This document shows, in pieces, positions 1 to 8,542 of a stretch of 28,150 bases of DNA. The stretch comes from Oligoflexus sp. (GTDB lineage Bacteria > Bdellovibrionota_B > Oligoflexia > Oligoflexales > Oligoflexaceae), in contig JBGSTX010000315.1 of the NCBI GenBank assembly GCA_041736305.1, forward strand, positions 1-28,150. Reading direction: 5' to 3'. The position numbers were made by a program, and so were the translations under genes. The notes beneath the pieces are model-generated. The model was not told where the DNA came from. It searched no databases and saw only the letters and a list, made by a program, of their open reading frames with translations. Numbering within the stretch: position 1 is the stretch's first letter; each line of letters opens with the position of its first letter.

Positions 1-1209
1 GGCCGCTTCACTTCAGCGATCAATCCCCGCGCTATCATCCTGTCTACGGAAGCTCTTGGAAACAATGTAGCGAACCCCAACTTTATCGTCATGGGCTTCG
101 TTCGTGGTGAGCAATTCGTTGAGGTGGCTGTTAACAATCCTGCGACTCCAGGTCAGCCGGACTTCTTCCTTGTAGGCTTTACTCAGGCTTGTAATCAGCC
201 ACCGAACCACTGTAGCCCAGCCGAACTCTTAGGGCCGGCTATTGAGAGCAACTGGACCGGCTTCACGATCTATCAAGATGAAGACCTGAAGAATTCTATC
301 GTCGACTGCCGCCATTGTCACCAGCCCGAAGGGCTAACAGGTTCCAAAATCCTTCGCATGTCTGAGCTCAGAAACCCTTGGACTCACTGGTTCCGCGACA
401 ATACCGCTGGAATCAACCTGATCAACGATTACTTCGCGGCCCACGGCCAAGATGAAACTTATGCGGGCATCGCTGGCCCTATGATACGAGGATCCGATCC
501 CCAAAAAGTCGAAAATATGATGCGCGGCAATGGATTCAGTGCTCAGCAGACTATTGGAGAGTTCCAGACACAGACTATTCAGCAGGAAGTTGTCGCCAGT
601 TCACCAGCTCAACCAGCAGATAACACGATTCCCGGCAGGAGTGCTACCTGGGACGCTATGTTCCAGCGCGTGGTACAGGGCCTGACTATACCTATCCCCT
701 ATCACGATGTGAAGGTCACCGAGCCAGCGCTGTTGGCCCAGTTTACAGCCCAATATCAGGGCTTCAAAGCCGGCACCGTAGCAGCTAAAGACTTCAAAGA
801 TCACAGGGATGTCCTCCGCACTGATCAGAAGCAAAGAGCCGATATGGGTTTTGCAGTAGCCCCTGGAACGAGTCCTCAGGAAACGATCATGCTGGCCTGT
901 GCTCAGTGCCACAACGGTAAACTCGACCAGAACGTCTCCCGTTCAAAGTTCAACGTCAACCTCGCTGCAATGCCTAATGCTGCCGCGGAAATCGATATCG
1001 CAATTTCGCGAATTCGTTTGGGCTATTCCCCTGCGCGCCTCAAGGCCGAAGGTGTACGCATCACCAAAGAAAGCGGCGAAGCCGTTGAACTGCACAAGGG
1101 CGAGCACCTCCTGACCATGCCCCCAAGACGCTTTAAAGATCTGACCGATGAGCAGATCGACGGACTCATCAAGTATCTTGAAGGGGAAAAGGCCAAGTTC
1201 GTGAAGTAA
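1..1209 (+). CDS. c-type cytochrome-like protein with at least 2 CxxCH motifs (5' partial; begins upstream of the window)
   Basis: The frame is open from base 1 (GRFTSAINPRAII...MGFVRGEQF). Heme motifs CRHCH and CAQCH are present. The C-terminal MPP...LTDEQIDGLIKYL is typical of a class I cytochrome c Met ligand plus final helix. Confidence 0.7.
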   Translation, partial: GRFTSAINPRAIILSTEALGNNVANPNFIVMGFVRGEQFVEVAVNNPATPGQPDFFLVGFTQACNQPPNHCSPAELLGPAIESNWTGFTIYQDEDLKNSIVDCRHCHQPEGLTGSKILRMSELRNPWTHWFRDNTAGINLINDYFAAHGQDETYAGIAGPMIRGSDPQKVENMMRGNGFSAQQTIGEFQTQTIQQEVVASSPAQPADNTIPGRSATWDAMFQRVVQGLTIPIPYHDVKVTEPALLAQFTAQYQGFKAGTVAAKDFKDHRDVLRTDQKQRADMGFAVAPGTSPQETIMLACAQCHNGKLDQNVSRSKFNVNLAAMPNAAAEIDIAISRIRLGYSPARLKAEGVRITKESGEAVELHKGEHLLTMPPRRFKDLTDEQIDGLIKYLEGEKAKFVK

Positions 1210-1229
1210 TCTTTCTTTATTCAAAGCAG

Positions 1230-1261
1230 AAGGCGCCGGTCGCAAGTCCGGCGCCTTTTTT
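1230..1261 (+). terminator. Rho-independent terminator
   Basis: AAGGCGCCGG-tcgcaagt-CCGGCGCCTT stem followed by a T-run, 20 bp after the stop at 1209. Confidence 0.85.
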
Positions 1262-1325
1262 AATTCGCGAGTGCGGGACTTTGCTATAGTAGTCCTTATA
1301 TTTACCCGCAAGAAAGGATCTTTCG

Positions 1326-1691
1326 ATGCAAAAGAAAAACCTCGGCCTCCTGGCAGCCTCGACTCTGGCCCTACTCAGTGCGAAGAGTGCCTTTGCGATG
1401 GATGTGGCAACTGTCAAAGACAAAGATGGCAAAGTTTACTTTTGTGCCAACGCCAAGTGCGCGGGCAATTCTGAATGTGCAGGCGCAGGCAATGCAAAAT
1501 GCGGTAGCCAGAACAAGTGCGCTAACACCGATCAGAAGATGCTAGTCGGTTGGGTGAGCGCACCTAGCAAAGAAGTCTGTGAAAAAGACGGAATGGGCAA
1601 GTGGATGGCCTTTAAGAAAGAATATGGAGTAAACGACGGTAATGTCGCGCCTCTAGGCAAGGGCAAGAAGACTGAGGCCCCGAAGAAATAA
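1326..1691 (+). CDS. Secreted six-Cys small protein, BufA2/bufferin-precursor-like
   Basis: Sec signal peptide (…KSAFA), then CANAKCAGNSECAGAGNAKCGSQNKC…GWVSAPSKEVCEKDG and a Lys-rich tail. AAGGA RBS and extended -10 TGCTATAGT at 1282-1290. Confidence 0.6.
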   Translation: MQKKNLGLLAASTLALLSAKSAFAMDVATVKDKDGKVYFCANAKCAGNSECAGAGNAKCGSQNKCANTDQKMLVGWVSAPSKEVCEKDGMGKWMAFKKEYGVNDGNVAPLGKGKKTEAPKK

Positions 1692-1734
1692 TTCTGCGAT
1701 TCCGAAAGCTCCAACTCTCCGTCCCCGCTGATCC

Positions 1735-1761
1735 TCAATAGTCGGATAAAACTGCCGATAC
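1735..1761 (+). promoter_or_regulatory. Putative sigma28 (FliA)-type promoter
   Basis: TCAA-N15-GCCGATAC upstream of the 1802 ORF. Confidence 0.5.
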
Positions 1762-1801
1762 CACGAAGAGGTTCAAATCAGTACGGTCGGAGAGGTACAT
1801 T

Positions 1802-2488
1802 TTGATTAGCGTTTCACGCAGCATCATGCTTGTTCTAGCGCTCATCGCTTGTGACCCGCTCGCTCTGGCTGCGAATGATAGCCTTAAACCAGATCTCTAC
1901 TTCGATACTCAATTTGCGATGAGCACATCCAAGAGCAAACTGGTAAACAGCAACGACACCGGTACTGCTCTTCGCTACGGAGCAGGGATGTTTGCCGGTA
2001 ACAATAAGAATCTTGAACTGCTCTTGATGCGCGAGAGTGATACGACCACTTTCGCTCTGAACGACAGCAGTATGCAGATGGCCTGGCAAGACACGACCTT
2101 TCGCTATCACCTGGGTTTCTTTTACTTGGCTGGGATCTTCACGCAGGTAGAAAGCAAGATCAAGAGCCAGGGAGTCGAACTCGTCGATGCTGCAGGATCG
2201 GGAATGGGCGGGGGTCTTGGGGCGATCTTTGCCGTCGGCCGAGGCGGAAGCTTTCACGTCGATCTATCGGGGGTTACCGTATCCTCGATGAAGGACGCGC
2301 TCCCTCAGGAAATTGCGATACCTTCGAGGATCTATGTTGATGTCGGTGGATCGCTCGATCTAAGCGCGAAGCTCTTCGATCTCACCTTCGGCTATCGCAT
2401 GCGGCTGCTCAGCATTAAAACCGATACAACCTATGCGGACACAGCCTATCAAACCTATGTAGGGGTCCGCTGCTCCTGGGACTTCTAG
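1802..2488 (+). CDS. Small outer-membrane beta-barrel protein
   Basis: Signal peptide, alternating amphipathic beta-strand patterns and the C-terminal beta-signal YVGVRCSWDF ending in Phe. The start is uncertain (TTG 1802 or ATG 1826). Confidence 0.65.
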   Translation: MISVSRSIMLVLALIACDPLALAANDSLKPDLYFDTQFAMSTSKSKLVNSNDTGTALRYGAGMFAGNNKNLELLLMRESDTTTFALNDSSMQMAWQDTTFRYHLGFFYLAGIFTQVESKIKSQGVELVDAAGSGMGGGLGAIFAVGRGGSFHVDLSGVTVSSMKDALPQEIAIPSRIYVDVGGSLDLSAKLFDLTFGYRMRLLSIKTDTTYADTAYQTYVGVRCSWDF

Positions 2489-2493
2489 ATATT

Positions 2494-2970
2494 TCAGTCA
2501 GATTTGTCCTTAAGCTCAGCTCGCGGTGAGTGGACTCCTCGCCTCAAGACACGAAATCCTTTCTCTAGCATTTGCACGCCCCAGAGTAGGCTGACCCCAA
2601 TTATCGAAAGAACCAAAGCTATATCGAAGTGGCCAAATCCTATAGAGGCGCCGACAGCGGTCAGCACCCAGATAACGGAAGCAGAAGTGACGCCATTTAC
2701 CAGGCCGCCCTGTGTAAATATGACCCCTCCACCTAGAAAACCGACTCCCGACACGATTTGGCCTAAAAGACGAATATGGTCCGCCTCCCACTTCGATTGG
2801 AGGAGCCCGAGATGGACAAAGGCCATGGTCCCTAGACAGATCATGGAACTGGTCCGGATACCGACAGGTTTGCCGCGGATCTGGCGTTCAAGGCCGAAAA
2901 TCAGCCCACAGCCCACAGCGCAGAGTACTTTCGTCCAAAATAAGGGGTCGATGGCATTGCCAAAGTTCAT
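2494..2970 (-). CDS. mgtC: MgtC/SapB family membrane protein
   Basis: GLERQ..GKPVGIRT, GQIVSGVGFLGGG and GVTSASVIW motifs. Confidence 0.9.
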   Translation of the reverse strand: MNFGNAIDPLFWTKVLCAVGCGLIFGLERQIRGKPVGIRTSSMICLGTMAFVHLGLLQSKWEADHIRLLGQIVSGVGFLGGGVIFTQGGLVNGVTSASVIWVLTAVGASIGFGHFDIALVLSIIGVSLLWGVQMLEKGFRVLRRGVHSPRAELKDKSD

Positions 2971-3067
2971 GCGCGGCCTCTTGTTGCAAAGCTCGGAATC
3001 AGGTTTATGAATGGGGAACCCTTCGACCTTCTTGCCTGGACTTGGCCTAAGCGTGCAAGGATTAATT

Positions 3068-3283
3068 TCAATGGGGTGAGAAGATGTCTTCGACGATCCA
3101 GGTTTCCGACTTCAAATCGCTCTGTCCGTTCCAGTTCTTCAGCAAATCGGTACTTTTTTGAGTCGAGTTCACTAGGCTGGCAGATTTAGGAGTTCTAAGG
3201 TTCGAGCTCTCAGTCTTCATGCAGGCCGTCATGCTCAGTGCAAAGATTAGGCAAAGTAAGGGCTGATGAAGTCGGCTGCGCAT
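3068..3283 (-). CDS. Small putative lipoprotein
   Basis: Basic N-terminus, hydrophobic stretch and lipobox-like MTAC. It starts 3 bp after the protease stop on the same strand. Confidence 0.5.
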   Translation of the reverse strand: MRSRLHQPLLCLIFALSMTACMKTESSNLRTPKSASLVNSTQKSTDLLKNWNGQSDLKSETWIVEDIFSPH

Positions 3284-3286
3284 GAG

Positions 3287-4435
3287 TTAATCCTTTTTCT
3301 TAACGCGAATCTGACGTTTTGCCAGGATATTACCTTGAGCATCGTAGGCTACAATCATGAGACTCGTGCCTTTAGCACTGATGCCCGGATTAGCTTGTCG
3401 AAATATCTGTCGCGAGCCCTTTTGGGGCTGCTTAATCAGGGCCTGCGCTCCCGGGCTCCGAGCATCACAGCTAATTGCAGGGTAAGGACAACTCATGACC
3501 GATTCAGCCTCTTTAACGGCTGAAATCCAAAGATAGCTACCACTCGCTGACTCTTCTATGCCGCTGTAGAGTTGGGAAAATGCCCCTAGAGCTCGTTCTT
3601 CGGTCGAGGCCTTGCCTCCTAGAGGAAAAAGTTCCTTCAGTATCGCGGATGTCGGATAAATGACCCAGAGCGGCACAGCTGTATTCCAGCTTTCGCTCGC
3701 ATTAAGATCGTTCTGGTCCCAACCTTCGTCGAGGTAATTGTCAGGGCCGGAACTCACTAGGCCCACCAGCATAAGGCTGTCTTTTCGTAGGATCCCGCCG
3801 CCTGAGTTGCCATTGATGGTGCCGACGTTTATCAATAACCAGCCTTTCTCGTTAAGACCTTTAGCTTGCCCTTCGGCATAGGTGGCAGCCCAGATCCCTT
3901 TCTTGTCGTCTGGAAAGCCGACCGTAAAAATAACGTCGCCTTCGCCGACCTGAGAGCTCAAATTCAGACTTTGACGGTTGGTAGCGACAGCCGGGGGAAA
4001 CTGTTGGTCACTGGGCATGGGTAGGATCCATTTTATCTCTAGTATCGCGTAGTCGAGCGCCGCATTTTGCTCGACAACTCTGGTCACCTGAATATCGCTC
4101 GGACCATTGGCCACAGCCGCGAGACCACTTCGGTATATCTCGCCTGCTTCGCTCTTGCAGTGAGCCGCCGTCATCATGTAGCGCGCGCTGAGGAGGATCC
4201 CGCTACATCCTGCACTTTTTATTTCTACGGTCCAAATCGCATCTTTTCGCAGAGCTATATGGCGACGCTGATTCCCACGGGGATCGGTCGAATTATCGAT
4301 AGAAAATATATTACTTAAGCTAGTTGGTGGCAGCATAGGTTTGCAAGCTAGATGGCTAGGGCCCATGAGAATAGCCAGAAACAGAGCTAGCAATTTAGGC
4401 TTTGTAGCATGAGCTTTAAAGCTTATGGGTAACAT
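3287..4435 (-). CDS. Trypsin-like (S1) serine protease, probable lipoprotein, with an extra C-terminal domain
   Basis: Catalytic triad motifs TAAHC, DYAIL and GNSGGG. Start reassigned to ATG 4435 (MLPISFK), which follows a GGAGG RBS. Lipobox-like HLAC. Confidence 0.85.
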   Translation of the reverse strand: MLPISFKAHATKPKLLALFLAILMGPSHLACKPMLPPTSLSNIFSIDNSTDPRGNQRRHIALRKDAIWTVEIKSAGCSGILLSARYMMTAAHCKSEAGEIYRSGLAAVANGPSDIQVTRVVEQNAALDYAILEIKWILPMPSDQQFPPAVATNRQSLNLSSQVGEGDVIFTVGFPDDKKGIWAATYAEGQAKGLNEKGWLLINVGTINGNSGGGILRKDSLMLVGLVSSGPDNYLDEGWDQNDLNASESWNTAVPLWVIYPTSAILKELFPLGGKASTEERALGAFSQLYSGIEESASGSYLWISAVKEAESVMSCPYPAISCDARSPGAQALIKQPQKGSRQIFRQANPGISAKGTSLMIVAYDAQGNILAKRQIRVKKKD

Positions 4436-4659
4436 TGACGGACCTCCATTTAGAAATCTATGCAAAAATGTCGCCATCTTGACACAGATAAAAAAGGGAG
4501 TAAGTGTCTGAAAATCAAAGCAAGTAATGGGGAGAAGAGCTTGTCTTCGCAATGGAACCGTCCAAAGCTTCAACACTGCCGCCGGGCAAGGCTTGCATTC
4601 ACGATCAGAGTCTATAAAATCCACTGGCTCGTGAAAGTGGACTCAAAGGGGAAGCCGTC

Positions 4660-5682
4660 GTGACGACCAACAGTGCCCGCCGTACCGTATCTTTTTACCG
4701 CTACGTGAAGCTTGAACATCCGGAAGCTTTGCGCCAAGAACTCAGCGATGCATGGTCGGCGCTCGGAGTCTTAGGGCGGGTGTATCTGGCTGCTGAAGGC
4801 ATCAACGCTCAGGTGAGTGTCGTGGAATCGGCACTGGAAAGCTACAAAGCCCATGTTTGCTCGGTCTTTCCCGACATGACTTTCAAAACAGCTCTCGAAG
4901 AGCAGGGCGAGCCCTTCGTAAAACTCAAAATCAAAGTCAGACAGAAGCTGGTCGCCGATGGGCTTAGCGACGCAAGCTTCGATTCGAGTCAGGTCGGCGA
5001 GCACCTCGATGCCAAAGCTTTCAACGAAGCGCTCAGCGAACCCAATACTCTCGTCGTCGATATGCGGAATCATTATGAGTCAGAGGTGGGGCGTTTCGAA
5101 GGAGCATTCTGCCCTGAAGCCAACACCTTTCGCGAAGCTCTCCCCGAAGTGGCCGATAAATTAGGCGATCAAAAAGATCGCAAGATACTTCTCTACTGCA
5201 CCGGCGGCATTCGCTGCGAGAAAGCCAGCGCCTGGCTGCGGCATCAGGGTTTCAAAGAAGTGAAGCAACTCTACGGCGGTATCATTTCCTACGCCCAGCA
5301 AGTCAGGGCCGAAGGTCTAAGCAACCGCTTTATCGGCAAAAACTTCGTCTTCGACCAGCGCATGGGCGAACGGGTAACTGAAGATATCATCGCCCAATGT
5401 CATCAGTGCCTCGAAGCCTGCGATACGCATCACAACTGTGCCTACGAAGGCTGCAATCGGCTTTTTATCCAGTGCCCGAGCTGTCGCGCCGACTTCGATG
5501 CCTGCTGCTCGCGCGTCTGTCAGGAGATTGCAGCGAAGCCCAAAGAAGATCGCGTGAGGATCCAGCAAGAATGGGATCAGCGCCTCGGACCTAAGCACTA
5601 CTGGAGTCGGACCCGCCTACCGCGCGAGTATGCTCTCCAAGACGCCAGTACTTTAGAGCCCTTAGCCGTGAGAGAATCCTAA
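4660..5682 (+). CDS. trhO: tRNA uridine(34) hydroxylase TrhO (YceA; rhodanese-related)
   Basis: GRVYLAAEGINAQ, DMRNHYESEVGRF, YCTGGIRCEKAS, FVFDQR and the C-terminal Cys cluster. Confidence 0.93.
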   Translation: MTTNSARRTVSFYRYVKLEHPEALRQELSDAWSALGVLGRVYLAAEGINAQVSVVESALESYKAHVCSVFPDMTFKTALEEQGEPFVKLKIKVRQKLVADGLSDASFDSSQVGEHLDAKAFNEALSEPNTLVVDMRNHYESEVGRFEGAFCPEANTFREALPEVADKLGDQKDRKILLYCTGGIRCEKASAWLRHQGFKEVKQLYGGIISYAQQVRAEGLSNRFIGKNFVFDQRMGERVTEDIIAQCHQCLEACDTHHNCAYEGCNRLFIQCPSCRADFDACCSRVCQEIAAKPKEDRVRIQQEWDQRLGPKHYWSRTRLPREYALQDASTLEPLAVRES

Positions 5683-5729
5683 TACGGTGGCATAGGCAAA
5701 GCCTGCCCTAACTTCCCCCGCTAGCCCCT

Positions 5730-5738
5730 TGCTATAAT
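5730..5738 (+). promoter_or_regulatory. Extended -10 sigma70 promoter element
   Basis: TGCTATAAT (TGn-TATAAT) just upstream of the lipoprotein gene. Confidence 0.5.
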
Positions 5739-5775
5739 CGGAAGGATGGAGATCTTCCTCCTTCGGCGAGGTCCT

Positions 5776-7074
5776 ATGCGGGTGCTCTTCCTTAAAACTC
5801 GAGTCCTCTTCCTCAGCATAGGGCTTTGCGCTTGTGCCAAGACCTCTACGGAAGTGAGTTTCGTGCAGCAGCTGACTCCGACAGAGGGCTACAGCGAGCT
5901 CAAAAGACTGGCCTTTAGCATCGATCCCTATCTCGACCCTGAGTTGAGGGAGAGTATGATCGCCGGTTTGAAAACCTGCACCGCCTTTCAAGAAATTACT
6001 GTCTTAGAAAAACCCGTCAAGGTCAGTGGGACCAATCCCAAGGATTACCTCGATGCTTTTATCAAAACGTCTGAAGTCGCGCAAAACGCACAAGGTATCC
6101 TGAGCCTGCAGATCGAAGCCAACACCCAGAGCAGCAATACGGAAAAGGTCCAGCTCTGGTCTTTCGAAGAGAAACCCACCATCGAGTGGGGAGGAGCCGC
6201 GAGTGCCCCTTTTCTGGGCACGCTGGGTCTAGGCGATATGCCGGAGCCGAATCCGCAGCGACGATACAAGCGTCGTGAGACCCTGGTTCGCAGTGAAAAA
6301 ACCCAATTCGTCGTCCGACTCGTTGTCTACAATAAGCTGAAGGGCGCCGTCATCCACGACCGTCTGCTGAGCAGCCAGTCTTCGCTCTACAATTATTCGC
6401 GTAAAGCCGGTATCAAGAAAAATACCTTTCTCAAGACTGTTGAAAAATCCCTTGTTAAAGAGGCGATGTTTCATGCGTGCCCCAGTCGGGACACAGTGAC
6501 CCGCAAGCTTTATTATGGGAAAGACCCGGCTGACCCATCGACCCCAGCGATTAATGAAGGGATAGAGCTGGCGATGGACGATCGCTGGACTTTGGCAGCT
6601 GCGAAATGGACAAACGTGCTGATTAAGGCACCCAAGCAGCCCTTCGCTCTGCATAATCTCGGCGTTCACTTCGAACGGCAGGGGGAACTCCTGAAGGCGC
6701 TGGGGCAGTATCGGGAAGCTTCAATGAGTCGCCAAGCGACTATGCTCGATTCTATCGTTTACGATGAGATCTTGCGGAACTATCAGCCTCCTCTCGGCAG
6801 CCAGCCGCTCTATCCTCAAGTTGCTTTCGTCAACGGTGACGGCTGGATATATATTCGCGCAGAAAGCATTAAGATCCCAAAAAAACGGACCTTTTCAGTT
6901 TATCGGATCGATGCTGCCCTCACACCCGACCAGCTCCATAGTCAGGGTCTCAATCTGCGTGAAATCGGCGTTATCCGCCTGCAGTCGGCCTTTAATGGCT
7001 ACTACACGGGGAGGATGCGCGATCAGCTTGTCGATTTTCCTGTGCGCGCGGGCGATTTCCTCATTGTGGATTGA
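5776..7074 (+). CDS. TPR-containing putative lipoprotein of unknown function
   Basis: Long ORF with lipobox-like LCAC and a TPR-like segment (ALHNLGVHFERQGELLKALGQY). ATG 5776 follows a GAGG RBS; the alternative start is 5746. Confidence 0.65.
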   Translation: MRVLFLKTRVLFLSIGLCACAKTSTEVSFVQQLTPTEGYSELKRLAFSIDPYLDPELRESMIAGLKTCTAFQEITVLEKPVKVSGTNPKDYLDAFIKTSEVAQNAQGILSLQIEANTQSSNTEKVQLWSFEEKPTIEWGGAASAPFLGTLGLGDMPEPNPQRRYKRRETLVRSEKTQFVVRLVVYNKLKGAVIHDRLLSSQSSLYNYSRKAGIKKNTFLKTVEKSLVKEAMFHACPSRDTVTRKLYYGKDPADPSTPAINEGIELAMDDRWTLAAAKWTNVLIKAPKQPFALHNLGVHFERQGELLKALGQYREASMSRQATMLDSIVYDEILRNYQPPLGSQPLYPQVAFVNGDGWIYIRAESIKIPKKRTFSVYRIDAALTPDQLHSQGLNLREIGVIRLQSAFNGYYTGRMRDQLVDFPVRAGDFLIVD

Positions 7075-7095
7075 GAGCTGAGGCACAATCTTCCA

Positions 7096-7104
7096 TGTTA
7101 TAAT
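7096..7104 (+). promoter_or_regulatory. Extended -10 sigma70 promoter element
   Basis: TGTTATAAT about 48 bp upstream of the MFS gene, followed by a GGAGG RBS. Confidence 0.5.
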
Positions 7105-7151
7105 GAGGGAGACGATCTGAGGTAGCTGAGTGGGAGAAAAGGGGAGGGGTC

Positions 7152-8405
7152 GTGTCTATCAGTCCAAAGCATCGATCCTTCGTTTGGCTGCTCTCCTGTG
7201 GTGCTCTCCCCATCATGATGACAGGGATACTAACTCCTTCGTTACCGGGACTCCACGCCGCCTACAGCGATAATCCTGACATAGAAATCCTATCCAAACT
7301 GGCTTTGACGACTCCAGCTCTCGCTATTGCTGTAGGTGCCAGTTTGATTGGCTTGCTCCTCGATCGCTGGGGAAGGCGACCCGTTCTAGGTGTGGGCCTC
7401 CTGCTTTTTTCCATCGCTGGAACCCTAGGTTACTGGGTTGAAACCATTTACGGATTGATCGCTCTACGCTTCGTCTTTGGACTGGGTGTGGCAGCAATTA
7501 TGACCGCAACGGCGACGCTGCTCGCTGACTTTGTCGAAGGCGACGAACTGCGCCGGGCCCTTGGCCTCCAGGCAGGTTTGATGGGCGGCTGGGGAATCAT
7601 TGCACAATTGGGCGCTGGCTGGTTCGCCGAATATAACTGGCGTGGCCCCTTCCTGCTTTATGCGATAGGACTGCCTCTTCTACTGCTGCTACCAGGCATG
7701 CGCATACCGGAGCCTAATCAGGGGGCTCTCGACGACAAAGGGAGCAGCTCCTCCCAGCTTGAGTCGTGGAAAGCCTCCGTACTTATACTCGGTGCTCTGG
7801 CCTTCACCGGAATGAGCCTCTTTTCACTCGTTCTCGTACACAGTCCCTTTTATTTTCGCCACACAGCCGGCATAGGGCCCCGCGGTACGGGGATATTGAT
7901 CAGCACGCTCACGGCAGCTAGCTCACTCAGCTCCTTCACTTTAGCTATCCTGCGCAAACATATCCCCCTGACCAAGATATTGGGCCTGGGCTTTGTAGAA
8001 ATGGCGCTCGGCCTCGCCGTTCTAGCCCTGATCCCCAAAAAATATGCGCTCGTCGTTGGGATGATCCTCCTCGGCGTAGGCATCGGATCCATTATGCCGG
8101 TGATAGCCGCTTGGATCGCGCAGCTTGTCAAAATAAGGCAGCGCGGGCGCTTTCTTGGGCTCCTCACCACGGTCAATTACATGGGACAATTTTCATCGCC
8201 TCTTTGGGCTCAAGTCATCCTCACGCAGAGCAGCGATCAAGGTCTTTTTGCCGTTGCGTCTGGAATTGCAGTCCTGGCCGCTTTGAGTATCTTAAGTTTC
8301 CGTTTTGCCGTCGCACTTCCTCAAGAACCGCAGAAAACAAGCCTAGGTTCAGCTTCTATCCATCTTGCTCATGAAAAAAGCGACTCAGTTCGTCGATCAT
8401 CGTGA
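7152..8405 (+). CDS. MFS transporter (drug:H+ antiporter-like)
   Basis: About 12 hydrophobic segments, MFS motif A (GLLLDRWGRRPVL) and motif B (LRFVFGLG). Confidence 0.9.
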   Translation: MSISPKHRSFVWLLSCGALPIMMTGILTPSLPGLHAAYSDNPDIEILSKLALTTPALAIAVGASLIGLLLDRWGRRPVLGVGLLLFSIAGTLGYWVETIYGLIALRFVFGLGVAAIMTATATLLADFVEGDELRRALGLQAGLMGGWGIIAQLGAGWFAEYNWRGPFLLYAIGLPLLLLLPGMRIPEPNQGALDDKGSSSSQLESWKASVLILGALAFTGMSLFSLVLVHSPFYFRHTAGIGPRGTGILISTLTAASSLSSFTLAILRKHIPLTKILGLGFVEMALGLAVLALIPKKYALVVGMILLGVGIGSIMPVIAAWIAQLVKIRQRGRFLGLLTTVNYMGQFSSPLWAQVILTQSSDQGLFAVASGIAVLAALSILSFRFAVALPQEPQKTSLGSASIHLAHEKSDSVRRSS

Positions 8406-8542
8406 ACAAGTGAGCGCACTCTTAAGCTCCGCTATCGTCCCGAGGCTCGGGATCGGCTGGACCTTACGCATTCCCCTGGTGTAGACCATAATTCGATTTG
8501 TCGAGTATCGTGCTCGGTCGCTTTAACCTGGAAAGGTAGGCT

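Noticed and set aside
4436-4624. 63-aa N-terminal extension of the protease in the ORF track
   Set aside because: A better start with a GGAGG RBS and signal peptide lies at 4435; the extension covers the divergent promoter region.
8406-8542. glmY-like sRNA upstream of glrK
   Set aside because: The spacer is short, with no sigma54 motif, terminator or recognisable GlmY sequence.
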